In this document: positions 25,139 to 37,073 of the stretch, in pieces
How positions within the stretch are numbered: the stretch's first letter is position 1
How the letters are laid out: each line of letters begins with the position of its first letter
Source of the DNA: Anolis carolinensis
Taxonomy: Eukaryota
Assembly (NCBI RefSeq): GCF_035594765.1
Contig: NC_085844.1
Coordinates: 10,121,923 to 10,185,922, forward strand
Reading direction: 5' to 3'
Length of the DNA: 64,000 nt
Program-made: the position numbers and the translations under genes
Notes under the pieces: model-generated
Told to the model about the DNA's origin: nothing
Database searches by the model: none
The model's input: the letters and a program-made list of their open reading frames with translations, nothing else

Positions 25139-25657
25139 GTAAGTATGTGATGCATTAGTAAGTGTGTGATTCAAGAGGAGTGTATACTATGCATTGCATT
25201 GTACCTTAAAAACCACCAGCCTAGCTAATAATCAAATGTTTAGAAGGAAAGTGAAAAATACAGGAAGCATCAGCTGCCTGTTACAACACATCCTGCAACT
25301 TGGGGTTCGGTGTCTCTAATGTACTAATTTGCAAGGTGACCTGATGACATTCTTTGTGGGGTTTTGTTTACTTTCTTTAAGGGAATATCTAGCAATCTTC
25401 CCAGATTTGAAACATTTACCCTTTTCTTTTTTTCTAAGACACACACAGCCCAAGTCCACAGATCCCAAATGATTTCTGGGGTCCTCATATATTTTTTTCG
25501 AGCCACATAAATCCTTCAAGGACACAGTTTTACACTTACACTCTTATTTCTACTGTACTTTCCAAAATGCAAAGTAATTAACTAAATAATAATAACACTA
25601 AACAAATAGAATCCTGGAAAATTATATTTTTTTCAAAGATTTTAGCCTTCTCTGACC

Positions 25658-26656
25658 ATATAGAATCATAGAATCATAGAATCATAGAATCATAGAATAG
25701 TAGAGTTGGAAGAGACCTCAAGGGCCATCTAGTCCAACCCCCCGCTAAGAAGCAGGAAATCGCATTCAAAGCACCCCCGACAGATGGCCATCCAGCCTCT
25801 GCTTAAAAGCCTCCAAAGAAGGAGCCTCCACCACGGCCCGGGGGAGAGAGTTCCACTGCCGAACAGCCCTCACAGTGAGGAAGTTCTTCCTGATGTTCAG
25901 GTGGAATCTCCTTTCCTGTAGTTTGAAGCCATTGTTCCGTGTCCTAGTCTGCAGGGCAGCAGAAAATAAGCTTGCTCCCTCCTCCCTATGACTTCCCCTC
26001 ACATATTTGTACATGGCTATCATGTCTCCTCTCAGCCTTCTCTTCTGCAGGCTAAACATGCCCAGCTCTTTAAGCCTCTCCTCATAGGGCTTGTTCTCCA
26101 GACCCTTAATCATTTTAGTTGCCCTCCTCTGGACGCTTTCCAGCTTGTCAGCATCTCCCTTCATCTGCGGTGCCCAAAACTGGACACAGTATTCCAGGTG
26201 TGGTCTGACCAAGGCAGAATAGAGGGGGAGCATGACTTCCCTGGATCTAGACGTTATTCCCCTATTGATGCAGGCCAAAATCCCATTGGCTTTTTTAGCT
26301 GCCGCATCACATTGTAGGCTCATGTTTAACTTGTTGTCCACGAGGACTCCAAGATCTTTTTCGCACACACTGCTGTCAAGCCAGGCGTCCCCCATTCTGT
26401 ATCTTTGATTTCCATTTTTTCTGCCGAAGTGAAGTATCTTGCATTTGTCCCTGTTGAACTTCATTTTGTTAGTTTCGGCCCATCTCTCTAGTCTGTCAAG
26501 ATCGTTTTGAATTCTGCTCCTGTCTTCTGGAGTGTTAGCTATCCCTCCGAGTTTGGTGTCATCTGCAAACTTGATGATCGTGCCTTCTAACCCTTCGTCT
26601 AAGTCGTTAATAAAGATGTTGAACAGAACCGGGCCCAGGACGGAGCCCTGCGGCAC
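25658..26656 (-). mobile_element. Young 5'-truncated CR1 LINE in gene 3 intron
   Basis: Uninterrupted 296-aa RT C-terminus ([12 protein letters not shown]); (ATTCTATG)n 3' tail. Confidence 0.97.
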
Positions 26657-27930
26657 AGTTCAGTGCAGATGATCTGGATTTTATATGGCAATATAGAAGG
26701 GGTCTAAATTACAGCTCCATGATTTTATAGCATTGAGCCCTGGCAATTAAAGTGGCTCCATATTCCATTAATTCTACAGTGCAAAGGCACCCAGAATCCA
26801 TCTTTTCTATCTGTATCTGGAACCATTCTTCTTAAGCCCCGTCTACATTGCCCTATATCCCAGGAGCCAATTGCAATTATGTGCTTTAAACTGGATTATA
26901 TGAGTCTTCACTGCCAGATAATAAGATAATCTGGGATCAGATACTGGGATATAGGTGCAGTGTGGAAGGGGCCTACGTCTTAAGAATAAGATCTTCCATC
27001 CACAATGTCATCAGCAGTCTCTACAGTAGACATGAACAAACTTGGGTCCTCCAGGTGTTTTGGACTTTGGATGCTGAGGATGCTTAAAATATAAGCCCTA
27101 TTTCAAAAATAAGCCCTAGATATAGTTCATTTAAAAAGTCAATTTGGAAAAACAAGATTCCCCTGAAAACAAGCCATAACGCATCTTTTGGAGCAAAAAT
27201 TAATATAAGACCCTGTCTTATTTTGGAGGAAACAGGGTAGATTTAGATTATTGTAGAAGCGTCCTGAGATTCAGATTTTTCAAAGCGTTCAACTGGTATC
27301 TCTTATCTTAACCTGCAGTTGTGCATTGATCACTCTGAAAGCTTACAAAAGAGCTGTTCCTTAGCTTTCCTACAATATGAAATTTTAATTTCATTTCACT
27401 TCCAGGCTGGAGCTTACGGAATTTAAAAAGAGACATGGGCAGGTGTATTGAGTAGCTGCTTTTTCCTCTTTGGAGTTTCTCCTTCCCTGAATGAGAACAT
27501 ATTCCATCGTGTGGTTTCAGCAATAGGGGGTCCGTATGCTATCTCCAACTGCTCCATCTAAAACAAAGTAAAATAATTTGAAGGTTTGCAAAAACACACC
27601 TTGACCTCAAATTTATTATCCTGTGACATGTTTTTTTATATGGAATCATGAATGAAATTACTTTTTTTTTTATATTGGGAGCTAAGTGGGGTTAGAACTG
27701 GATGGGAGTCCAATAATGAATATTTCAAAGGGAGGACATGGCAAAATAGGAAAATTCTATGGATTTTGTGGGTTAGACAGATAATTGAAGACATGTGTAC
27801 ATTTAGTTGAACAACCACAACCTGGGAATTCAAAGTAAGATTGTGCAAGGAAATGAAAATTGTAGTATTTTTTTTTCTTTCTGATTTCTGAATAGGAACA
27901 GAATCACTTTTGTCTATCTTCTCTTTGCAG

Positions 27931-28912
27931 GTCTTTGCATGAAGGGAAAAACAGTTTCTATAAAGCATTTCTATGTAATTTATCTAATTCTGACCAATTG
28001 GACAACAACAAAATATTCCTTCCTGCCATATGTGCAAATGACACTTCTGGAACAATAAAAGACCTCAATATTATAACAGTTATATTCTGTATTTTGGGAC
28101 TTCCTGGAAATGGAATGGTCATCTGGCTTCTTGGCTTCAGAATTAAGAGGAATAATTCCACCACCTACGTCATGAACCTTGCCATTGCTGATTTTGGTGT
28201 CCTCATCTTCCTGCTTAGCATGGCTAGCTCTGTCATACACTCGTGCGATGGCTATCCTGTTACAAAGTCTTCCTTTCAAATAATCCGTCAACTAGTTTTC
28301 TTCACTTATTCTTCTAGCCAGTTTCTGTTGGCAACTATCAGCATTGACAGATGTGTGGCTGTTCTCGTCCCACTCTGGTATCGATACCACCGCCCCCCAC
28401 GTTTATCCATCATAGTTTCTATCCTTATCTGGTTAGTCTCCTTTCTGCTTGCTGTAATCCACTTAGTTCTTCTTGAGACCCAGAGTTTAGTTTTTTTCTA
28501 CCACCTTTTTGTGAATGTCCTGCTTTGCACACCCATCATGGTCATATGTACTTTCATTCTGGTCATCCAGATCTGTTATAAACCAAAACAACACCTGCGG
28601 CGAAAGCTTGCCACAGCCATTTTATTCACACTCCTCTTTTTTGTCCTCTTTACTTTCCCATTTAACATGATTTATAGCTTTGAAGAAGCACATGAAAACA
28701 AGTGTTATAAAATTACCACCATGACATTCATTTGCTGTGCCTTTGCTTCTCTGAACAGCAGCATCAACCCCCTGATCTATTTCTTAGTTGGATGGGGTCG
28801 AATGATGGGTAAGGTCAAGATTTCCATGAAGGCGGCACTTGAAAGAGTTTTCAGGGATGAGCAAGACAGTAGCAGAGAAGAACAAGCTAGCACAGGAGAA
28901 ACCCATATATAA
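27931..28912 (+). CDS. MRGPR/MAS-like GPCR gene 3, main coding exon (342 aa spliced)
   Basis: 7TM motifs; acceptor CTCTTTGCAG|G; the ORF-track start is a TTG. Confidence 0.95.
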
Positions 28913-29622
28913 GGATCCTTTATGTGTAATTTTTTAAAAAAAAACAAATAATGCTTTAATGTTATGTACTTCCAGTGCAAAAGACTGCTCTTTATGCACC
29001 CCAACCGTGCACAGATTTCGGATCGATTGAATCCCCCATTATAGCATTTCCTGGGCAGGAATAAATGTTTCTATATTGAAGTATTATTTTTCAGCCAGAA
29101 AATGTTGTTTTGTTTTGTGGAATATGATATTTTGTGCACGAAACAATTGTGTGTAAATTTTGCACAGATGTAGTCCTGAATTACAAGGATTATCAATCAC
29201 TTAAAACTCTTCTTATTGGAATAACTCATTAATATTTTTAATATGCTTTTCATGCCTACTTTCATGAAACTTTCATCCAACATATATAAACACAATTTAA
29301 ATAATTAGAGATAAAGATTGCCTATCTCTACCTTTGAATATATACAAATGTAAACATTCCCATGGTGTGCATTTCTCATCCACTTCTTAATCAGTAGTTC
29401 ACATTTAACTTTTCCCTAAAATGTTGAACCTAAAATATATGATGCAATCCACAAAAATAAAGGATTATCTATCTACATGAAATTGTTCTTTATGTAGATG
29501 AGAAAAATTCTTGGCTGAGATGATCCTTAGACCATTTTTTTATTTCATTTTTTTTTTGTAAAGGGGAGACAGCAACACCATGTATTTCACTCCTAAAGCA
29601 GGTAATGATAGAATAACATCCA

Positions 29623-29882
29623 CTTTTTTATCGTGTCAGAAGCAACTTGAGAACATACTGCAAGTTGCTTCTGGTGTGAAAGAATTGACCACCTACAGAG
29701 ATGTTGCACAGGGCACGCCCGGATGTGTTAGTTGAGAGGCTTCTCATATGTCCCTGCAAGCTAGAGCTGACAGATGGGAGCTCTTCCTGTCTTGCGGATT
29801 CAAGCCGGCAGCCTTCAGGTCAGTAACCAATCCATCCTTCAGCCGGCAAAAGAGTTTAACCCATTGTGCCACTGCGGCTCCC
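29623..29882 (-). mobile_element. tRNA-derived SINE
   Basis: Similar to 3519-3788. Confidence 0.8.
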
Positions 29883-31465
29883 TAAATAAGGTAATGGTAA
29901 GCCCTTTTAAAACAAATCTTGCAAAACAAACAGGCTATGACGAGTTAGGACTGTCATAACATTATTACCATTGAAACTCCAGATTTCTTCACCAAAAGTT
30001 AATGAAGAAACTACAGTTTGTGATGAAACTGGATTACTATAGTTCTGTAGCCTATTTAAAGTTTGGGCACTGACAGCTACTTTCTTCTTTTTAAGTATTG
30101 TTTCAATTTCAGTTGGCATATCCACATATTCCAAAACGGATTTTTTTACATAACGTATACATATTTCTCCATAGCCATTCTTTGACACATATATTTAACA
30201 AATTAACATATAATGCAAACTGTTTTAATCATTAAATATTTTTTTTACTATTCACATTTAATAATTCAATGTTTAATTCTATTTTAGTCTGTGTATGTGT
30301 TAAGGTTTTTAATTTTACAGTGTATTTTTTGGATTGTTAGCCACTTTGAGTTTCTTTTAAGGAAGGGAAGTCAGATGTAATAAGAACAAGAACAAGAACA
30401 ACATCAGCAACTAACGTATGACATATAAACTGACATTAAATAACTAACTGGAGCTACTAATGGGAGCTAGCTATAGGGAGCACACAATGCCCCTATTAAA
30501 GCAGCTCCACAGGTTGCCAATAAGTTTCTGATCTCAATTCACACTGTCCTCCTTTTGTAGGGATCTGAAGATGTGACTTTTCAAATGAGCTTTTGAGAAT
30601 GCTTAGTCCCTAGTTGATCTTCACAATTATTATGCAGCCTTGCACTTCATCCCATGCCCTCATGCCATGGTTACAGCTTTGCACTTATCCCATTCCCTTG
30701 TCCTATTGTTTACAGCCTGGCCAAGTTTACAGTAGCTCACCGCCACTGATTGATTGCTTTTTTTACATTGAGTTTACATTGAGTTTTCGGTTGTTGTATT
30801 ATATATCTATATGTTTTATTCAATTGTATTTTAGTTTATGTCCTATTTTTAGGCACCTTGTGGCATGTGTAAGTCCCTTCGGGGAGATAGGGGTGGGATA
30901 TAAGAACAAAGTTATTTTTGATATTATTATTAAATTAACATAAAATGAGTGACTTTCCATGTTCTTATTACAAGATTATGTTCATATTTAATCTAAAGTC
31001 CAATTAATTCATGATAGGTCTTTAATCCTACATCTTATTGTAATGTTATTTTTCTTTTTTCTTTGATTATTTAATAATAATAATAAAACTTATATATCAT
31101 TCTCCTGTTGTTATCTTTTCACCCTCTTTCCTTAAATATGTAATTAATAGATCCCAGAATTGCATGAAAGCTATTTTTCCTTCAATACCATAATTAATTT
31201 ATTTATCCCTACCATCATATACATTGTGACTATCCAGTTTTCCATGTTTGATATTCTTTTATTTTTCCACTTTTGTGTTTATATGAATCTTGCTGCCATT
31301 GTGATGTATGGAAAACCTTTTGCTATTTAACTTGATTGTCAAACATTTCTAATAAAAAGAGTTTTGGACTTTGGAATACTTGCTACTTGCCTGGTTTATT
31401 GGCATGACTGAAGTTCTGTTTTCTATATATTTTATTCTTTTCCAACTCATTAACAAATAAAATAC

Positions 31466-31637
31466 GGAGCACCCAGTGGTGCAGTGGGTTAAACCCTTGT
31501 GCTGGCAGGACTGATGACTTTGAAGGTTGCCGGTTTGAATCCAACCCAGGGAGAGCGTGGATGAGCTCCCTCTATCAGCTTCAGCTTTACGTGGGAACAC
31601 GAGAGAAGCCTCCCACAAGGATCAAAACATCCCAGGG
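31466..31637 (+). mobile_element. Partial SINE (5' part)
   Basis: GGAGCACCCAGTGGTGCAGTGGGTTAAAC start. Confidence 0.7.
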
Positions 31638-33096
31638 AAAAGGTTTTAAAATGGACAAATAAACAGAGCAGCTCCAAAAAGGGAAAAAATCAGGCCAAGA
31701 CAAAATGATTTTTAAGCCAAATCAATTATTTCTTTATTAAGAAGAATGAAAAAAACTATCAGTAGAATCCCAACAGAGCAGACTGTTTGAATACAAACTA
31801 TTTCTCAAAGCAAAAAGATAGGTGCTAAAGCCCCTAATCCTACAACACACACACATTTTCTTACTCTCTTATGCAAATAAGCATCTAATTAAGATGGATG
31901 GCTAAAGATGAAGCAGTAACACTACTAAGTGAGAAGGCAGGGAAACAGGTTCTGGATGAAAGGGCCCAAGTGAAAAAGATTGCTTTCCCTGGGAACATTT
32001 TGCTTATGATAATTCTGCTTCCTGTCTGTGGAGTTCCTTCTGATCCCTGTATTTTTGTCTGTGTTTGCTTTGCGCCTCTGCCTAAATTTGTCCTGTTCCT
32101 AACTTGGAACCTGTCATCCGAAGTAAAAGAGACACCTCTGGGTGGGACAAACTATAGTCTTGATGTTATTCTATTAGAGTTCAAAAAACAAAGTCCTTTA
32201 AAATGATGTGCAGAGTTTATGCCTTCATGAGCAAAAAGGATATGTGTACAAAGAGCAGATGGGAATGTGACCTTTGCCTGTTACCCTTTGGTAATGACTC
32301 TGAAATGGTCTGAGGAGATTAAAACAATGAAATTGCAACACATGGGACAAAAACGATTGAGCATAGATATTTCATTCTTCCACAGGCCCACACCTGGAAA
32401 GATTTGGACCTTAGATTAGGGTCCGTATCTTTCCAGGTGCCAAATTATTCTGGAGTAAACTGGGAAATCCCAGTTCACTCTGGATTAATTCAGGTTTATC
32501 TGAGGTGTTGTTTGGATGCCTCAGGTAAACCCGTGACTCATCATGGGTTATGGGCCTGTGTGGAAGAGCCTTTCCTCTCTTTCAGATAAAAAAGGCATTG
32601 CCCAACCTCTGGAAACTGCAGCAACTGCCAGATTTGGTAACCTCCTTCCAGTGGAAGTAATGACGACAGCTAAATACTAATTGCTCTTCTGAAGGCAACA
32701 ATGGTACTATCGTAGCAGCGATGGTGTTTCAAAGGAAAATTCCAGATTGTACTTTAAGACAAGGCTTTACGTCTTCCAAGATGACCAGAGATTCGGTATA
32801 CCACTCCCTGTCCTGCCAGAATACCTCTTAGCATTTCCAGACTCCGTCAAGAAAGGTTTCCTATTTCAGTACCTGCTTGCAAGTTCTATTATTCAAGCTT
32901 AACACAACACAAAGTATTTAGGCTGAATCATAACTTTGCACAGCTGGATGCTAGCATTTGTCACTTTCCAAATCTAAACATTCACCAGATCAATTTTCAT
33001 TTGTTCTCGACTGTTTGAACTTCCACCGTCTGAATGTGTAATGGATAACTCCCCCCCCCCCCCCCGCAATTTCTTCTGCCCACCTTCCCTATATTT

Positions 33097-33420
33097 AGGT
33101 AAAGGTTTCCCCTGACGTTAAGTCCAGTCATGTCTGACTCTGGGGGTTGGTGCTCATCTCCATTTCTAAGCCGAAGAGCCGGCGTTGTCCATAGACACCT
33201 CCAAGGTCATGTGGCCGGCGTGACTGCATGGAGCGCCATTACCTTCCCGCCAGAGCAGTACCTATTGATCCATTCACATTGGCATGTTTTCGAACTGCTA
33301 GGTTGGCAGAAGCTGGAGCTAACAGCAGGTGCTCACTCTGCTCCCGGGATTTGAGCCTGGGACCTTTCAGTCTGCAAGTTCAGCAGCTCAGTGCTTTAAC
33401 ACACTTCACCACCCAGGCTT
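33097..33420 (-). mobile_element. Sauria SINE, full length
   Basis: Family match; flanking CCCTATATT direct repeat. Confidence 0.9.
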
Positions 33421-34050
33421 CCCTATATTACATGGGTATTTATAGGCTAATTCAAATAGGCTAATCAATGGAAAGAGTGAACTCCCACTCTATTACCCAT
33501 CACAGCAATAAGGAATGTCTGGTTACAAAGTGTACAGCAAACACTGAGAGTAGCAGGGATTGCAAATGTTAGAGTTTTAGAAGAAAAGGCACAGGACACA
33601 TTTACACTACACCATTATAGCACTTACTGTACTGCTATTTCACTTTATCTGTCATAGTTCCACCCTATGGAAATCTGGAATTTGTAGTTATGATGCACTG
33701 GGGAGCTCTCTGGCTGAGAACACTAAATGTCTCTTACCCAACTGCAAACTTTAGGATTGTACAGAACAAAACCATGGCAGTTTAAGTAGAACAACAGTGG
33801 CATAACTCTGTATTGCGAATTGGCCCACAGAGTGTCTTACTGAGTTAGGTGCAGCCTTTAATATAGTGAAGCAATACAAAATGCCATGGAAATATATCTG
33901 GTTATCTTATTGTAGTACAGACATTGCAACATTTCTTTAAAAGGCTTTCCTAAGTGCATCTTGATGTTGCTTATAAAGTTGCCTTTTATTTTACAAAGTA
34001 ATGTTAAGATATTGTTAAGCGTAATGGTGGACATTGCCCATAACAGGACA

Positions 34051-35062
34051 TCAAACAGTGGTTACACTTGAATTGTTCTGTTCTTCATTATGGTCATGCT
34101 CATCCTTGAAGACCCTCTGGAGTGCCACCTTCACGGACACTCTGGGCTGACCTTTCTTTTGTCTCCTCCCAATTAAGAAATAGATCAGAGGATTGATGCA
34201 ACTGTTCAGAGAAGCACAGACAAAACCTGCTACCATTAGGCTGTGAAGAGAGGTGTGATAATGATTTATAATATAGAACACATTAAGTGGAAAAGCAAAG
34301 ATGAGGAAGAAGAGGAGGGCAAGCAAGATGGATGTGACAAGCTTTCCCCTCGGATGTTGTTTTGTTTTACACCATAATTGAATGAACAGGATCAGAGTGG
34401 AGGTAACCATGATAGGAGTGCAAATCAGAACATTCACAATAAGTGGATACAACAGTGGAGTATTGCCAAAGCGCTTAGTTCTATGCAGAGTGAAGTGAAT
34501 TGCAGAGAGCACAAAAGAGAGGATCCAGGTTAGGGTACAAACAATGGGGGACAAACACGGAGGCCGGTGGCATCGATGCCAAAGTGGGAAGAGGACGGCC
34601 ACAGATCTGTCAATACTGATGGCAGCCAATAAATATTGACTTGCAGAATATGTGAGAAAAAATAACTCCAGAGAAATAAGGAAAAAAAGAGTGTGAATAT
34701 TGATTTCATTATACTGACCCACAGACATCCCCAAAGCAGCAGTGCTAATTAGAAAGACAAGGACCCCGAAGTCAGCTATGGAGAGGTTTAGGATGTAAGT
34801 GGTGAAAGGATTTCTCTTCATGCAAAAGCCAAGAAGCCAAATGACCATTCCATTTCCCACAAGACCTAAAAGGCAGGTTATGACAACAAAACTATTGATG
34901 ATAATTTCTGTTATACTATCAGGAGATACATGATCAGTGCTATTAATTGGTTGCCAAATCCCAGCACTTCCGTTTATGTCTGGATAAAGAGTTAGCTTGT
35001 TTTCCAAATCTCCAGAAGCAGTGTTGTCATCCATAATGTTGCTAACTTCTATATAAACTGGC
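34051..35062 (-). CDS. MRGPR/MAS-like GPCR gene 4, main exon (internal ATG at 35034 gives 327 aa)
   Basis: 7TM motifs (DRS, FPLN, NPLIY); acceptor TTCACAG|G at 35062; frame open from the acceptor in phase 2. Confidence 0.95.
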
Positions 35063-35619
35063 CTGTGAACAGAATGAGACAAACATAAATAAATTTCTAT
35101 TATGGAATTGTACCCACAAAAATGATTATGGTTTCCCACCCTTACATAATCATATTACTTTACCTGCCATTTGAGTAAAGGACACTGATTAAAACAGTTG
35201 ATACATACAACACCACCTTAATATATTGCATAAATCAGAATTGCGTTGTTTATAATTCACCACAGGGATTGTTTTATAAAAACAAAGTTTCATTTTCTTC
35301 CTTCTTGAGTGATTTTTAAAGACTTCTTCTAGGAAGGTTTGAATGGATAAGTGGTAGGATGATGCAGCTGAAACATTTCTTACAATGTTGCTGGTGGTGC
35401 TAGTGATGTTTTGATAATTGTTTGAGATCTTGGTTTTGATCCTGTTAAGGTGTTCGGTGGAGGTCTGATATTTTTGCTATGCACTGATGTGTTACACAGT
35501 TTCTTTTACAATTCAAACCAACTGACAGACTGTTCATTGAAAGTGGTTAAACTTATGTTTACGTCAACCTCATGTATAAGGCAGGTTTGGGGCCTAAATT
35601 ATTGATTGTGATATGATAA

Positions 35620-35915
35620 GATTAGTCTGGCATGACTTGTTTTTGAGAAATTCATGTTGACTTTTAGTAATCACAGCCTTCTTTTCTAAATGATTACAGG
35701 CTGCCTCTTTAATGATCTGCTCCAGAATCTTTCCTAGTTTTGATGTCAGGCTGATTGGATATAGTTCCTTCTTGAAGAGAGGGACAACATTTGCCCTCCT
35801 CCAGTCATAAAATCATAGAATCATAGAGTTGGAAGAGACCACATAGGCCATCGAATCCAACCATCTGTCATGCAGGAAAAGCACAAAGTATCCCTGAGAG
35901 ATGGCCATCCAGCCT
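35620..35915 (-). mobile_element. CR1 fragments
   Basis: CR1-like internal sequence plus a CATAGAAT tail. Confidence 0.6.
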
Positions 35916-35973
35916 CTGTTTCAACAGCCAGCATAGGCATGTTGTTTGCTGTGTACGAATCTTGTTCTGTATA

Positions 35974-36024
<51 letters not shown>

Positions 36025-36452
36025 TCCGTAGCCCACTTGTCGATGGATGTCCAGAATCAGCAGAATCCTGGGCGACGACTGAGCCAGTATAGACTTCCTC
36101 CCTTTCAAGATAAATGAAATATGGATAGAACCCCCTGTTTTGATCCCTCCCAATCAAACATAAAGAAATGCAGAGTGAATACCACAATAGTCAAACATAC
36201 TTAAAAACCAGACACAAGATGAAATAATATAATATGTAGCTTTGAGTGATTGACACTCAAGTCCTTGTGGCTTCCAGTTATAGTTTTAAAACATTTTCAC
36301 CACTTCATCCGTGTTTCTTAATTCTTATTTCTCTCTTCACTAGAACTGCTTGCTGCAATGAAAAGCTTTCACCTAATTTCATAGTATACCTACTTATGTT
36401 GTCTTTCTTTTAGACATGTCCTAGAAATTATGCATTAAAATAAGATACTTAC

Positions 36453-36479
36453 CAAACAGGTATCACATTGTAAAATTCT
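36453..36479 (-). CDS. Putative 27-nt symmetric (phase 2-2) micro-exon of gene 4 (EFYNVIPV)
   Basis: Poly-T...ACAG acceptor and TG|GTAAGT donor; open in the gene 4 frame. Confidence 0.6.
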
Positions 36480-36750
36480 CTGTAAAAAAAAAATGGAATG
36501 ATTTTTTACTTCCCCGATATGTAGGAAAAATGGAGATTGTAAATATTTGCCACTTCAAAAACGTTAATATACATGCATATATAGTTATTTGTTGTAAGAC
36601 TTCATACATTTTTCACATTTCTTTGCCATTTGTGCATTATCCCAGAAAGTTCACCAACTTCAGAATAAACTCATAAAGTTCTTCATGCCTGCCTGTTATC
36701 AGGAACCCTAGTTAGAAGTAGATCTTTCTCATCTTTTGCTTTTTATAGTA

Positions 36751-37073
36751 CAGTAGAGTCTCACTTATCCAAGCTAAATGGGCTGGCAGAACCTTGGATA
36801 AGCGAATATCTTGGATAATAAGGAGGGATTAAGGAAAAGCCTATTAAACAGCAAATTAGGTTATGATTTTACAAATTAAGAACCAAAATGTCATGTTATA
36901 CAACAAATTTGATGGAAAAAGTAGTTCAATGCGCAGTAATATTATGTTGTAATTACTGTATTTACAAATTTAGCACCAAAATATCATGATATATTGAAAA
37001 CATTGACTACAAAAATGCCTTGGATAATCCAGAACCTTGGATAAGCAAGTCTTGGATAAGTGAGACTCTACTG
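36751..37073. mobile_element. Tc1/mariner-type MITE
   Basis: 23-bp TIR CAGTAGAGTCTCACTTATCCAAG; TA TSD. Confidence 0.95.

Noticed and set aside
27935-27941. Gene 3 as a start-less pseudogene
   Set aside because: The exon at 25092-25138 supplies an in-frame ATG
36740-36750. TATAAAAA on the - strand next to the MITE as the gene 4 promoter
   Set aside because: A homologous exon lies further upstream (39716-39785), and AT-rich chance matches are common
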